IMG/VR virus record: IMGVR_UViG_3300035701_002605
Coordinates: 1-58,261 of that record
DNA: 58,261 nt
From: a virus
Taxonomy: Duplodnaviria > Caudoviricetes
Strand: one strand, 5' to 3'
In this document: piece after piece, positions 9,744-18,693 of the stretch
Layout of the letters: every line of letters starts with the position of its first letter
How positions within the stretch are numbered: the first letter of the stretch is position 1
Position numbers and translations under genes: made by a program
The notes under the pieces: generated by a model
What the model saw: the letters and a program-made list of their open reading frames with translations, nothing else
Told to the model about the DNA's origin: nothing
Databases searched by the model: none

Positions 9744-10382
9744 CTATAGGACGCTAGGGTCGTACCTGAGCATCGTGGCGAAACGCTGCTCCTTGGGCAT
9801 CGTCGTGTCGGCCAGCGCCATGCCCTTGATCACGTAGGTCCAGACGTTGCCGTAGGGCATCGCCAGCGGCGTCGCGTCCATGAACTGGACCTTGTGGAAG
9901 GTGATGGCCAGGTAGTCGCCGGTATCCTCGTCGTACACACGGGCCAGGTGGAGATGGAAGAATTGGTTGATCGGCAGGTTGCCGAGCCCCATCTTCTCCG
10001 TCTCCTCGGCGGCGTTGTGGACCACCGCCCCGCCACCGATCAGGTAGCGCAGCGTGGCAAGCGGGAATAGGGCCTTTAGGGTAAAGGTGATCTCGAAGGC
10101 GTCCCGGCGCTGCATCTGGGCCACGTCGCCCAGGGCGGCGCAGGTAACGGGGTTGGTGGTCCGGGTGTCGGCGATCGTCAGATCGTCGTAGCAGCCCATC
10201 GGGTAGACCGGGTAGGTGGCGGTGCCGCTCAGTCCCCAGTAGTACCCGTCGCTGTCGGGGTGGTTCTCCTCGGTAGCCCCGGAGTTCTGGAACCAAATGG
10301 TCGGGCCGCCCTCGATGTAGAGGTCTTCGCCGCTGACCTGCGGCCCGATGGGCGTGTCGGTTCCGGTTCCTAGCGTCGGCAT
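9744..10382 (-). CDS. Major tail (tube) protein
   Basis: 212 aa acidic, beta-rich; strong RBS; position after neck genes. Confidence 0.7.
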   Translation of the reverse strand: MPTLGTGTDTPIGPQVSGEDLYIEGGPTIWFQNSGATEENHPDSDGYYWGLSGTATYPVYPMGCYDDLTIADTRTTNPVTCAALGDVAQMQRRDAFEITFTLKALFPLATLRYLIGGGAVVHNAAEETEKMGLGNLPINQFFHLHLARVYDEDTGDYLAITFHKVQFMDATPLAMPYGNVWTYVIKGMALADTTMPKEQRFATMLRYDPSVL

Positions 10383-10428
10383 TGGCAGACCTCCCTCATA
10401 GGGGCGTTGTCGTTAGGGCTCATCACCC

Positions 10429-10439
10429 TAATGGTCGAC
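10429..10439 (-). promoter_or_regulatory. Putative late promoter box GTCGACCATTA upstream of the tail tube gene
   Basis: Same motif recurs upstream of four other late genes. Confidence 0.65.
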
Positions 10440-10460
10440 AAGCGCGGGGAAGTCGGCCGG

Positions 10461-10877
10461 CTAGGTCTCTATGGCCGTTGTACCGAAGGCGATCTCGCCC
10501 CGCCAGATGTTCCCCTCGCGGTAGGGGTAGACCACGAACTCGACCCGTAGGTCCAGGCTGGTGAGGCCGGCGCCGGCCAGGCGCCGGCGCTGGATCGCGT
10601 TCTGGACCAGCCCCAGGACCGTCATGCACTCGACGGACGAGTCGATCTTACTGAAAACGATGATCGCGCCGGCTACGGCGAGCCACTGTTCGGCGCAGGC
10701 GCCGTTACCCTGGGGGCGCATGTCGGTGATGTCAACGCGGACCGCCGGGTAGTCGAACGTCGTGCCGCGCCACTGGGCCTCCTTGATGGAGTCAGGGCCG
10801 GCGAGGGCTCCGACAAGGGTGCCATTAGCCTTTAGCACCGCGACTAGGGCGGCCTGCACCGTGTCGGGCGATAGCAT
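10461..10877 (-). CDS. Tail terminator/completion protein (DUF3168/gp17-like)
   Basis: VQAALVAVLKAN..L start, YPAV motif, synteny. Confidence 0.7.
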   Translation of the reverse strand: MLSPDTVQAALVAVLKANGTLVGALAGPDSIKEAQWRGTTFDYPAVRVDITDMRPQGNGACAEQWLAVAGAIIVFSKIDSSVECMTVLGLVQNAIQRRRLAGAGLTSLDLRVEFVVYPYREGNIWRGEIAFGTTAIET

Positions 10878-10878
10878 C

Positions 10879-11292
10879 CTAGGACCTCGCTATGTCGCGC
10901 AGCCCCTTCAATAAGGCGCTACGTATGATGTCCTTTACCTCAGTCTTGTGGGTCTCTAGGGCCGGCTTTAGGAAGGGTTTTGTAGCCCCCTTCCGCCGGC
11001 TGATCGGACCCAGGCCGGGCCGGAGCGCGATGTAGGCCGGTAGCTCGCTATATTTGGCATAGGCCTGGCTTTCCGGCCCCGGCCCCACATAGACGCATAG
11101 CCGGCTGGCATCCCATCGGGGCTCGCTCACGGTGATACTCCGGGTCATTTGGCCGGTAAGCTCGGGCGCCTTCTCTTGGGCGGCCTGCTGTACGACCTTG
11201 CCGGCCAGCATAAGGCCCTGGCGCATGGCGGTTTCGAGCCGGCGCCCCTTATCCCGGATGTTATGGGTCCGGGTTACGTTGGCACCCGCCAC
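10879..11292 (-). CDS. HK97 gp10-like tail component
   Basis: AQEKAPELTGQMTRSI and KPFLKPALE motifs. Confidence 0.85.
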   Translation of the reverse strand: MAGANVTRTHNIRDKGRRLETAMRQGLMLAGKVVQQAAQEKAPELTGQMTRSITVSEPRWDASRLCVYVGPGPESQAYAKYSELPAYIALRPGLGPISRRKGATKPFLKPALETHKTEVKDIIRSALLKGLRDIARS

Positions 11293-11301
11293 GGGCGCCT
11301 C

Positions 11302-11454
11302 CTATCTTAGCGGCTGCGTGACCCCCAGCCAGAGCAGCAACGCCTCCAAGACATCTTCTTGAAGCTCTTTGCGCTCGTCCTTGTCATACGCCGAGAGGTC
11401 CGGCGCGGGCTCCTCTAGGATGGTCTCGACCGTGTCGGCTATTGACAGCACCAT
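11302..11454 (-). CDS. Small hypothetical protein (50 aa, not in the ORF track)
   Basis: AAGGAG RBS; MVLSIADTVETILEEP...; fills the gap between flanking genes. Confidence 0.6.
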   Translation of the reverse strand: MVLSIADTVETILEEPAPDLSAYDKDERKELQEDVLEALLLWLGVTQPLR

Positions 11455-11467
11455 TGCCCTACTCCTT

Positions 11468-11833
11468 CTAGGCTGTAAGCCTCCGCAGCTTCCGGCGAGT
11501 GGTCGAAAGGCAGGTATCCACCGCCGTAATAGTGTCGCCCAGGATGGCCGCGATCTCGGGCGGCCGGTAGCCCCACACCCTGTAGGCTAGTATCATCCGC
11601 TGCCGCACGGTTAGGCGGTCTAGCGCCGCCGCCGCGTCCAGCGTTTCTACAAGCTGGTCCTCGAAAGCCCCATATCCGACCAGAACGTTGACCGGGAGGC
11701 CGCCGTCCCGCGCCGTCCTCACCGGGTCTAACTGGAACAGAACCGCCTTGTGCGTTCGCCCCCGCCATAGCCGCCAGTCGTCGATGTCGCGCCGGCGATA
11801 CCACATCCTCCACCAGGCAGCGTCGTGTTCCAC
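11468..11833 (-). CDS. Sigma-70 region 4-like HTH protein
   Basis: LDRLTVRQRMILAYRVWGYRPPEIAAILG..TAV...LST.RRKLR. Confidence 0.75.
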   Translation of the reverse strand: MEHDAAWWRMWYRRRDIDDWRLWRGRTHKAVLFQLDPVRTARDGGLPVNVLVGYGAFEDQLVETLDAAAALDRLTVRQRMILAYRVWGYRPPEIAAILGDTITAVDTCLSTTRRKLRRLTA

Positions 11834-11835
11834 CT

Positions 11836-12204
11836 CTACTCCTCACGGTCTGCCCAGTCGGTGTGAATGGCGGTTAGTTGAATGTGCGAACGAGGCAGCC
11901 CCGGTAGGACGCTAGACCGCTGGACCCCTGTTACCCGTAGGCGCTGCCCGGCCCAGGCGCCAGCCGCCGGGATCACGATGTCGCCGGCCCGGACGTTAAC
12001 CGGCGTATCGGGCCAGAGGATGATCCGCACGGTCCGGGGTAGCTCCTCGCCTTGGGCTCGGAACTCGGCGTTTACCCGGTCATTGGCTATCCGGGCCGGG
12101 ATGGCGCCGTAGCGGAGCCCGTCGCTACGGACGGCGCCCCCTACGGTATCGTCGCCGGCCTGCACCCGCTCGTAAATGTCGACGGTGACGTTTAGCCCTT
12201 GCAT
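11836..12204 (-). CDS. Head closure / head-tail adaptor protein
   Basis: Size, synteny, VRAGDIV...LRVTGV pattern. Confidence 0.7.
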   Translation of the reverse strand: MQGLNVTVDIYERVQAGDDTVGGAVRSDGLRYGAIPARIANDRVNAEFRAQGEELPRTVRIILWPDTPVNVRAGDIVIPAAGAWAGQRLRVTGVQRSSVLPGLPRSHIQLTAIHTDWADREE

Positions 12205-12205
12205 G

Positions 12206-12925
12206 TTAGCCGTCTATGGCTGGCCGGCCCCGGAACCCCACCATGCGGTTGACCCGGTAGCGCCGGAAGACCGTCGCCGCCAGGTTGGCCGCCGCCGACT
12301 TGCCGGCCGGCGTGTTGACCAGCGCCCCTAGCTGCTCGGAGTAGTCCATCGAGGACCACTGGGTCACGAAGGCCGCGCCGGCGCTAGCGCCGCCCGATAG
12401 CGCCAGGGCTTTCCACTCCTGGGCGAGAGTAGCGATGGCCAGCTTGACATCCGCCGGGATGTCGCCCGGCGTGTTCCAGGCGCCGGCGACGTAGGTTATA
12501 TCGATCCACGCCTCGCGGTTGCACATCACGCAGCCGCAGCCGCCGCTTATCGGGGCATCGCTCGCCCGGACCTCTACTACGGAGCGCCGTAGGTCGTAGG
12601 GTAGGACGCAGGCGCTCACGTCGTCGGTGCCGCAGTCGCAGTTGCCCAGGTCATGGGTGAGCGTGGCGGTGACGACGGACGTTAGATAGGTCTTGTCTAG
12701 CTGTAGGTAACGGAAATTGAGGTCGTAGTCCAGCCAGCCGCGCGGCCAGATGTGGCGCTCGGCCGCCACGGTCCCGGTTAGCAGGTTAGACCCCAGGAGC
12801 GCTTCGGCCTGAGACCAGGCAGCCGCGTAGGCCATATCCTCTAGGGCGGCGGTGCCAGTAGGGAAGCCGACCGCCCACATCTCGGCCTCTAGGGCCGCAA
12901 GAGTGGCGGCGTCGGGAGCGGACAT
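12206..12925 (-). CDS. Head-tail connector (adaptor) protein
   Basis: ITYVAG...IPADVKLAIA motif; AAGGAGG RBS before ATG 12925. Confidence 0.75.
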   Translation of the reverse strand: MSAPDAATLAALEAEMWAVGFPTGTAALEDMAYAAAWSQAEALLGSNLLTGTVAAERHIWPRGWLDYDLNFRYLQLDKTYLTSVVTATLTHDLGNCDCGTDDVSACVLPYDLRRSVVEVRASDAPISGGCGCVMCNREAWIDITYVAGAWNTPGDIPADVKLAIATLAQEWKALALSGGASAGAAFVTQWSSMDYSEQLGALVNTPAGKSAAANLAATVFRRYRVNRMVGFRGRPAIDG

Positions 12926-12943
12926 AGCCAACCTCCTTCGCTA

Positions 12944-12954
12944 GAATGGTCGAC
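12944..12954 (-). promoter_or_regulatory. Putative late promoter box GTCGACCATTC upstream of the neck operon
   Basis: 10/11 match to the recurring motif, just upstream of the RBS. Confidence 0.6.
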
Positions 12955-13004
12955 CGGCGCCGGCCTGGGCGGCGCTCGTATGAGCCCCCCCCGACGCTCA
13001 TCGC

Positions 13005-13385
13005 CGGCTCATCGCTCATCCGGGCGAAACTGCTTGCGCCCAAAAGAACAAGCGGAGGCGAGCCGAAACGAGGCGGCGCCTCATTGGCTCATTTGGCCGG
13101 AACTACAAGTGATAAATTGTGCAAGCGGAGCGGAGCCGGATGAGGCACGCGGCTCATCGCTCGTTCCGGCGAAACTGCTTGTACTTAGAAGAACAAACGG
13201 AGAGGAGCGAAACGAGCCGGCCGCCTGATCGCTCGTTCGCCGGTGGCAGTTTGCGACATTTGTAACAAGCGGAGACGAGCGGAATGAGAGGGCCGCCTCA
13301 TCGCTCATTCGCCACTTCCACTTTGCGACGTTGGGTACAAGCGGAGGCTCATGGGAACGAGCCCAAGGCGAGCCGAAACGAGCGC
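13005..13385. repeat. Non-coding tandem array of five degenerate 72-73 bp units
   Basis: CTCATCGCTC-like motifs at 13008, 13080, 13153, 13225, 13297; ACAAGCGGAG-like motifs at 13048, 13121, 13193, 13265, 13337. Confidence 0.9.
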
Positions 13386-13393
13386 CGGCGAGC

Positions 13394-14275
13394 TTATAGG
13401 AGAACGTGCTCGTCGTACAGGCGGTGGGGGCCTAGCCGGGCGTCAAGGATAGCGCCGCCCTGCTGAAGTAGGCCCAGGTCGTCGGCCATCGGCTCCATTC
13501 CAGCTAGGCCCACGGCCGCCGGCTCGAAGGCGATCACGGGCCCCTGGTTACGCGCCCGGACGCAGAAGTCCACATCGGCTAGGGGGCGGGTGCCGTAGTC
13601 AGCCGCAAAGCCGCCCATGGAGCGCCAGAGCGTCCGGCGGGTTAGCATGTAGGCGCTGCTCACCGCTTGCAGATCCCGACGCGGGTAGACCTTGGGGTTA
13701 TCAGGCAGCCAGCCGACAAAACGGGCGTACGGTAGCCGACGGACTCCAAAGGCGTAGCCGGCGAACTTGATGCAGGTGGCCAGGGGCATCTCTCGCGGCG
13801 CCATCCCTTCATCCCAGAGCAGCATGCCGCTGGCGATCCCGACCTCCTCGTGCTCCATCACGGCTGCCAGCGTCGGCCATGCCCCAGGCGTTAGCACCAC
13901 GTCGCCGTCCAGAAACAGGAGTAGCGGCGCGAAGCCCTGGGCGGCGGCCCGGTTCCGGCACTCCCACTGGCCCTGCCCGTTGATCACGGTCCGGCCGCCG
14001 ACCTCGCGGGCGATGCGCGCGATCTCTGTATGGCGATCGGTGCCGGCCGGCAACTGGGCAGGCGGAGCATCGGCTACAACGATCGTGGCATCCGGCGGAA
14101 GATGCTGCCGGAGCGCGCCCACACAGGCCGCTAGCCGGTCTAGCTGGTGGCGGACACAGACGACAGCGTCGACGCTACCGCGCAGAGGGACCGCCGCCGG
14201 GGAGACCGCCGGCGTAGGCGGCCGCTGGTGGAGCCGCGCCTGTCTGTTCCGCCTTCGCTTTGACGATCCCATCAA
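13394..14275 (-). CDS. Glycosyltransferase family 2
   Basis: LLLFLDGDVVL (DxD), GGF...ADVDFCVRAR. Confidence 0.85.
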   Translation of the reverse strand: MMGSSKRRRNRQARLHQRPPTPAVSPAAVPLRGSVDAVVCVRHQLDRLAACVGALRQHLPPDATIVVADAPPAQLPAGTDRHTEIARIAREVGGRTVINGQGQWECRNRAAAQGFAPLLLFLDGDVVLTPGAWPTLAAVMEHEEVGIASGMLLWDEGMAPREMPLATCIKFAGYAFGVRRLPYARFVGWLPDNPKVYPRRDLQAVSSAYMLTRRTLWRSMGGFAADYGTRPLADVDFCVRARNQGPVIAFEPAAVGLAGMEPMADDLGLLQQGGAILDARLGPHRLYDEHVLL

Positions 14276-15440
14276 GTGCCTCCTCTACAACGTCCAGCGC
14301 CTTATCCCAGGTACGCCCGCGCGCCCACTCCAAAGCGGCGACGGTCCGCCGGCCCCGGTCCTCGTCGTCGCCCCGTAGCTGGGCGATCGCCCACGCCGCC
14401 TCATGGGGGTCGGCGAAGCGGCGTATCTGGTTGCAGAACGGGTCCAGGAATGTGTACTCGGGCGGGACCAGCCAGCCCCGGCCATAGGCTAGGTTCTCGG
14501 CCATGCCGCCGGCGTCGGTACAAACGCAGGGTAGGCCGCAGGCCATCGCTTCCATAACGGGCAGCCCAAGGCCCTCGGCCTTCGAGAGCAACACAAAGCA
14601 GTCGGCCGCCCAGTATAGGTTGCGTAGCTCCTCGTCGCTAAGGCCGGCCCGGCGCTCGTGCTGGTAGAAGGTGGTGTCGTTTTGTAGCTGGAAGGTATTG
14701 CCCAGATCCCAAAGGTGGTAGCCGACCGCCTCGGGCCGGCGCTTAGTGTTGACGATCAGGTAGTAGTCCTCTGCCGATCCGGTAGCGAGCGAGATCATCC
14801 GCCCGCCGCCGGGCGGCCACTCGATCTCCCGGCCCCGGAGCAGGGCAGCCGTAGCGAAGACCGCCGGCAGGTTTTTGCGCTCGTGGTTGTCGCTGACGGT
14901 GAGTAGGACGTAGCGCTCGGCGACCCCCAACTTGTCGCGCCTGATGTCGCGCTCCTCGGGCGTCGGGGGCCGCCAGAACTCCGAGTCGATCCCGATCGGG
15001 ATGTGGCGGGCCGCCAGGCCGGCCTCGACGCAGAGCCGCGTGGCCCACTCGGTCTCTACCAGAGCGGCGCCCATCCCGTCGATCGTCCTAGTCCATTCGC
15101 TGGGGTGCATCAGCGGGCCGCTTTCCAGGGGGAAGATGCCGGCGTAGGCGTAGCCGGCGTCGACTACCGGGCGCCATTCCAGGTGCTTAGTTATGTCGGC
15201 GATCCCCACGATGGCGTCGAACCCCCAGGCAAGGTCTAGCTGGCGGATGTGGGGCATCAGGAAACGCTCGTCGGCGCCGAGCGCCGTGAATGGCAGCCGA
15301 TGCTCGCAGCCGTTGTAGTTAAACGCTAGGACCTTGACATCATGGCCCCGGCCGCCCAGGCCGGCGGCCACCGCCCGGCCGATCGTGGTGTAGCCGGACC
15401 CGCCGTCCAGGTTTAGCTCGCTCAGGATCGCAACTTTCAT
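14175..15440 (-). CDS. Glycosyltransferase family 4
   Basis: Start MKVAILSE; RKNL; EGLGLPVMEAMACGLPCV. Confidence 0.92.
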   Translation of the reverse strand: MKVAILSELNLDGGSGYTTIGRAVAAGLGGRGHDVKVLAFNYNGCEHRLPFTALGADERFLMPHIRQLDLAWGFDAIVGIADITKHLEWRPVVDAGYAYAGIFPLESGPLMHPSEWTRTIDGMGAALVETEWATRLCVEAGLAARHIPIGIDSEFWRPPTPEERDIRRDKLGVAERYVLLTVSDNHERKNLPAVFATAALLRGREIEWPPGGGRMISLATGSAEDYYLIVNTKRRPEAVGYHLWDLGNTFQLQNDTTFYQHERRAGLSDEELRNLYWAADCFVLLSKAEGLGLPVMEAMACGLPCVCTDAGGMAENLAYGRGWLVPPEYTFLDPFCNQIRRFADPHEAAWAIAQLRGDDEDRGRRTVAALEWARGRTWDKALDVVEEALDGIVKAKAEQTGAAPPAAAYAGGLPGGGPSAR

Positions 15441-15616
15441 ATTAGGCCCCTTCCCTTCATCGCCAGCAGGTCGCGCATAAAGGTCCGGCGGACCCGGCCT
15501 AGCTCGACCGGGTGATCTGCCTGCCACGGCGCAGGGATACTCTGGCGGCCATCGCGCCAGGCCGCCCATAGCCGGCGGTAGAGCCGGCAGGCCCGACGGT
15601 GGCGGAAGCCCCTCAC
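15437..15616 (-). CDS. Small hypothetical protein
   Basis: GTGA overlap with the upstream stop; fills the gap. Confidence 0.4.
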   Translation of the reverse strand: MRGFRHRRACRLYRRLWAAWRDGRQSIPAPWQADHPVELGRVRRTFMRDLLAMKGRGLI

Positions 15617-15846
15617 TGGCCGGCCGCCTTGGCTATGGCCTCGCCGACGCGATGGAAGGCCGTGGCCAGGCAAGGCACGCAAAGGTCCGCATAGCGGCAC
15701 CTTCCCGGCGAGCCATCGTCCACCATCGGCGCCGGGAATAGTAGGCGATGTTTCATCCCGCGCAGTTTGATCGCCGTGTTGGACCGGCCGGGCGGGAAAC
15801 CTGCCAGGACGTGCCCGCAGTTGTCGCACTTGAAGGCGTCGGCCAT
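15613..15846 (-). CDS. Small zinc-finger-like protein
   Basis: CDNC...DLCVPC; GGAGG RBS. Confidence 0.65.
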   Translation of the reverse strand: MADAFKCDNCGHVLAGFPPGRSNTAIKLRGMKHRLLFPAPMVDDGSPGRCRYADLCVPCLATAFHRVGEAIAKAAGQ

Positions 15847-15858
15847 GGCGCGATCCTC

Positions 15859-16692
15859 CTACTGTAGCCCCCGGCGGTCTAGCTCTAGCCCCAGGTCGGC
15901 CCGGCGCCCGCCCCACTTCTGAAGTAGCAGGTGCTCATGGGCAACGGCGTGTTGCAGCCCCACCATCGGGTCGTTTCCATGGGCCGCGTGCCAGGACTTC
16001 ATGCTCCGGTGCCGACTTACCGGAGGTCCGCAGCGGATACGGTAGCCGGCGGCCTTGATCTGTAGCTGTAGGTCGGTCTCCTCATGCCAGTGGGGGTTAA
16101 AGGCTTCATCGTATAGGAAGCGCGGCACCGTAGGGTAGTCGGCCGGCAGCGAGTCCGGTGCCTGGCCGATGTAGGCCGGCACGCGCTCGTTCCGCCAGGC
16201 CCAACAGTAGCCCATCACCAGGTCGCAGAAGTCGCCCGGCTGCGGGAAGCGCTTATCAAGGAACAGGGTCCGTCCCGGATGCTGGAAGCCGGGCCAGTTT
16301 AGCCAAAAGCCCTGCTGGCCCACGGCGCCGACCGCCTCGTCCTGTAGGAGCGGGGCCAGTAAGGCGCCATCCCAGCCGGGGCCGACGATCACGTCGTCGT
16401 CGACCTGTAGAATAAAGCAGCCGCGCGCCGCCTTCAGGGCGATGTTCCGGGCGCACACTCCTTGGTTTTCTCCTAGAGCGTAGAGCCGGTAGGCGACGCA
16501 GGCGTTAGTATCGGCAGGGTGCAGGTTTCGCAGCCACTCGACGCTACCGTCCCTGCTCCCGTTGTCGACTATGTGAAGCTCAAAGGGCGCCGCTGTCTTA
16601 TCGAGGATGGCTCCCACGCACTCCTCTAGGGCCTGCCGGCGGTCCATGGTCAGGACCACCACGCTAGCCTTAGCTACGATCGGCTCTTGCAC
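15859..16692 (-). CDS. Glycosyltransferase family 2
   Basis: VDNGSRDGS, NQGVCARN, QVDDDV, EETDL motifs. Confidence 0.92.
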   Translation of the reverse strand: MQEPIVAKASVVVLTMDRRQALEECVGAILDKTAAPFELHIVDNGSRDGSVEWLRNLHPADTNACVAYRLYALGENQGVCARNIALKAARGCFILQVDDDVIVGPGWDGALLAPLLQDEAVGAVGQQGFWLNWPGFQHPGRTLFLDKRFPQPGDFCDLVMGYCWAWRNERVPAYIGQAPDSLPADYPTVPRFLYDEAFNPHWHEETDLQLQIKAAGYRIRCGPPVSRHRSMKSWHAAHGNDPMVGLQHAVAHEHLLLQKWGGRRADLGLELDRRGLQ

Positions 16693-16842
16693 GGCTCACA
16701 TCCTCGTATCTGCGTTGCCCCACGTTGCGTTTCTGAGGCCCAAACGCCGCCGGCCATAGTAGGGATAGCCCCCGCAGCCTGTAGGCCACGCCTTGCCCCA
16801 GCCCTAGAGGCGTGGGGGCCGCTACGGGCCGACCCTCGCTCG

Positions 16843-17376
16843 CTAACCTAGCATCGCGGCCCGCCGCCCGCGCCACCAGGCCTGCTCGTCATGCACCGCC
16901 CGCTGGGCCTCTGTCTTGATGGGCCGCAGGAGCACCCAAAGGTTAGCCCCCGGCCGGAAGCCCTGCTCGACGATCTGGAAGTAGTAGGGCGCGATCCCGT
17001 AGTCGCTGAAGCGCTCCACGTAGCCCGGCTCGAAGTAGCGGAACGTGTCTTCGGTAAAGGCCCTGACATGCGTGGGGTCGCCCCAGGCGGTCGGCGCTGT
17101 ATGGTACGGCACGGTGATCTCGACCCATGCCTGGGGGTCGGCGGAGCAGACGCGCCAGAGGTCGGCCATAAACGCCACCATGTCGCGGATGTGCTCTAAG
17201 GTCTGGTAGCAGCCGACGCGCTCGGCGCAGCCGTCGGCGATCGGCCAGGGGTGACATTCTAGGTCATGCACCAGGTCTACGCCGGGAAGGTTAGCCCGGT
17301 CTACGCCGAAGTAGTCCTCGGGCTTATTCAAGCCGCAGCCTAGCTCCAACCACTTCGGCGCTGGGCGGTGACTCAT
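16843..17376 (-). CDS. Class I SAM-dependent methyltransferase
   Basis: WLELGCG, TLEHI, AWGDPTHVRAF. Confidence 0.88.
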   Translation of the reverse strand: MSHRPAPKWLELGCGLNKPEDYFGVDRANLPGVDLVHDLECHPWPIADGCAERVGCYQTLEHIRDMVAFMADLWRVCSADPQAWVEITVPYHTAPTAWGDPTHVRAFTEDTFRYFEPGYVERFSDYGIAPYYFQIVEQGFRPGANLWVLLRPIKTEAQRAVHDEQAWWRGRRAAMLG

Positions 17377-17939
17377 CGCGTGGCCACCGCCAGGTATTCA
17401 TCCGGGCCGCCATGCCCGCGCCCGCGCCGGCAGTCGCGCACGATGCTAAGGCCAGCATCCGCGATCCACTTGGCGACCTCGCGGTCGGCAACGCGCCGGT
17501 GTAGCGCGTCCGGCTCGGCGTCAACGTGTACCCAGACTAGCGCCTTACCGCCAGGCTTCAGGCTAGCCGCTACGGCCATTAGCAGGCCGGCCGGGTCGTC
17601 GGCGTGGTCCAGGACGTTCAGGACCAGGGCCGTGTCGAAGACGGGCGTAAGGTCGCCCGCTGGCACAACGGCCTCGCCGTAGACCAGCCCGGCGTCGCGG
17701 TAGGCGCCAAACAGCGGGTCCACACAGACCACAATGGCCGGCGGCAGGTCGGCGATCCAGGCGGCCGATACCGGGCCGGAGCCGAAGTCGATCACGGCGC
17801 CTAGGCGGTCAAACTCCTCGAAGAAGTAGGATAGATAGCGGTAGCCGTAGAGGCCGAACAGGCGCGGCAAAGCGTTGGGCCGGGCCAGGAAAGCCCGCCA
17901 CCAGTCTAGCTCGCCGGCCTGCATCTGCTCCCAGGTCAT
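17373..17939 (-). CDS. Class I SAM-dependent methyltransferase
   Basis: IDFGSGP, NVLDH, LKPGG. Confidence 0.85.
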   Translation of the reverse strand: MTWEQMQAGELDWWRAFLARPNALPRLFGLYGYRYLSYFFEEFDRLGAVIDFGSGPVSAAWIADLPPAIVVCVDPLFGAYRDAGLVYGEAVVPAGDLTPVFDTALVLNVLDHADDPAGLLMAVAASLKPGGKALVWVHVDAEPDALHRRVADREVAKWIADAGLSIVRDCRRGRGHGGPDEYLAVATR

Positions 17940-18169
17940 GTCGGGCTCCCGTCCCAGACGATCCGGGTAGCGCCATCGTGGCCGTTGATCTGTTCGATCT
18001 CGCCGGCGTTCTGATAGATATTCAGGGACCGGACATCGAACCGGCCCGGCAGCCACTCGATGATGCACCGCCCCGTGGGGAACTCCGCGCCTACCGCTAC
18101 CACGCCAGTACCGCTAACGCCGCTCACGTCCTCGTCGCGGATGAGCCGGAACGTCTTGATCGGGATCAT
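17936..18169 (-). CDS. Conserved phage hypothetical protein
   Basis: FRLIRDEDVSGVSGTGVVA.G.EF motif familiar from actinophage-type small proteins. Confidence 0.7.
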   Translation of the reverse strand: MIPIKTFRLIRDEDVSGVSGTGVVAVGAEFPTGRCIIEWLPGRFDVRSLNIYQNAGEIEQINGHDGATRIVWDGSPT

Positions 18170-18693
18170 CCTAGCGGCCTCCGGGCAGCGGCCGCGACCA
18201 TGTCCGGCCACTGCCAGTCTAGCTCGTCGGCGGGCCGGTTAGGCGGGCGGTTAGTCCCCGCCGTGTCCACCTGAATGTCCTGGAAGCCGGCCCGGCTCAG
18301 CAGGTAGTGGAAGCCGTAGGGGGTCACGCGGTAGAAGTCCTTGGGCGCGGCGTGAATAGGGAAGCTAAAGCACCACGTCGCCAGGAATAGGCCGCCCGGC
18401 TGTAGCGCCTCGAACATCACCTCGATCGCCCGCCAGGGCTCTAGGACGTGCTCTAGGGTTTCGCAGGCGTAGACCGTCTTGAACCGGCCGGCGACGTAGG
18501 GCGTGGCTAGCAGAATGTCCAGCACCATGTCCACGCCGGCGCCCCGGACCAGGTCGATCCCTAGGTAGTCGGGCTGCGGGAACAGCGGGCGGGCCGTACC
18601 GTTCTCGTTGTGGGCGCCCACCTCTAGGACCGGCGGCTCGGGACGGTACCGCTGGACGGCGTCTTTCATCCACTCCATCACAAGGGGTCTCAT
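18166..18693 (-). CDS. Class I SAM-dependent methyltransferase
   Basis: VLEVGA, YLGID...GAGVD, ETLEHV, P.DFYR. Confidence 0.88.
   Translation of the reverse strand: MRPLVMEWMKDAVQRYRPEPPVLEVGAHNENGTARPLFPQPDYLGIDLVRGAGVDMVLDILLATPYVAGRFKTVYACETLEHVLEPWRAIEVMFEALQPGGLFLATWCFSFPIHAAPKDFYRVTPYGFHYLLSRAGFQDIQVDTAGTNRPPNRPADELDWQWPDMVAAAARRPLG

Noticed and set aside
13130-13180. Hammerhead ribozyme suggested by GATGAG and CGAAAC words in the 72-bp array
   Set aside because: The three stems and an NUH site could not be assembled around these words
13005-13385. CRISPR or TIGR-type array
   Set aside because: No identical direct repeats with clean unique spacers; no Cas1/Cas2 or Nop-domain gene recognised
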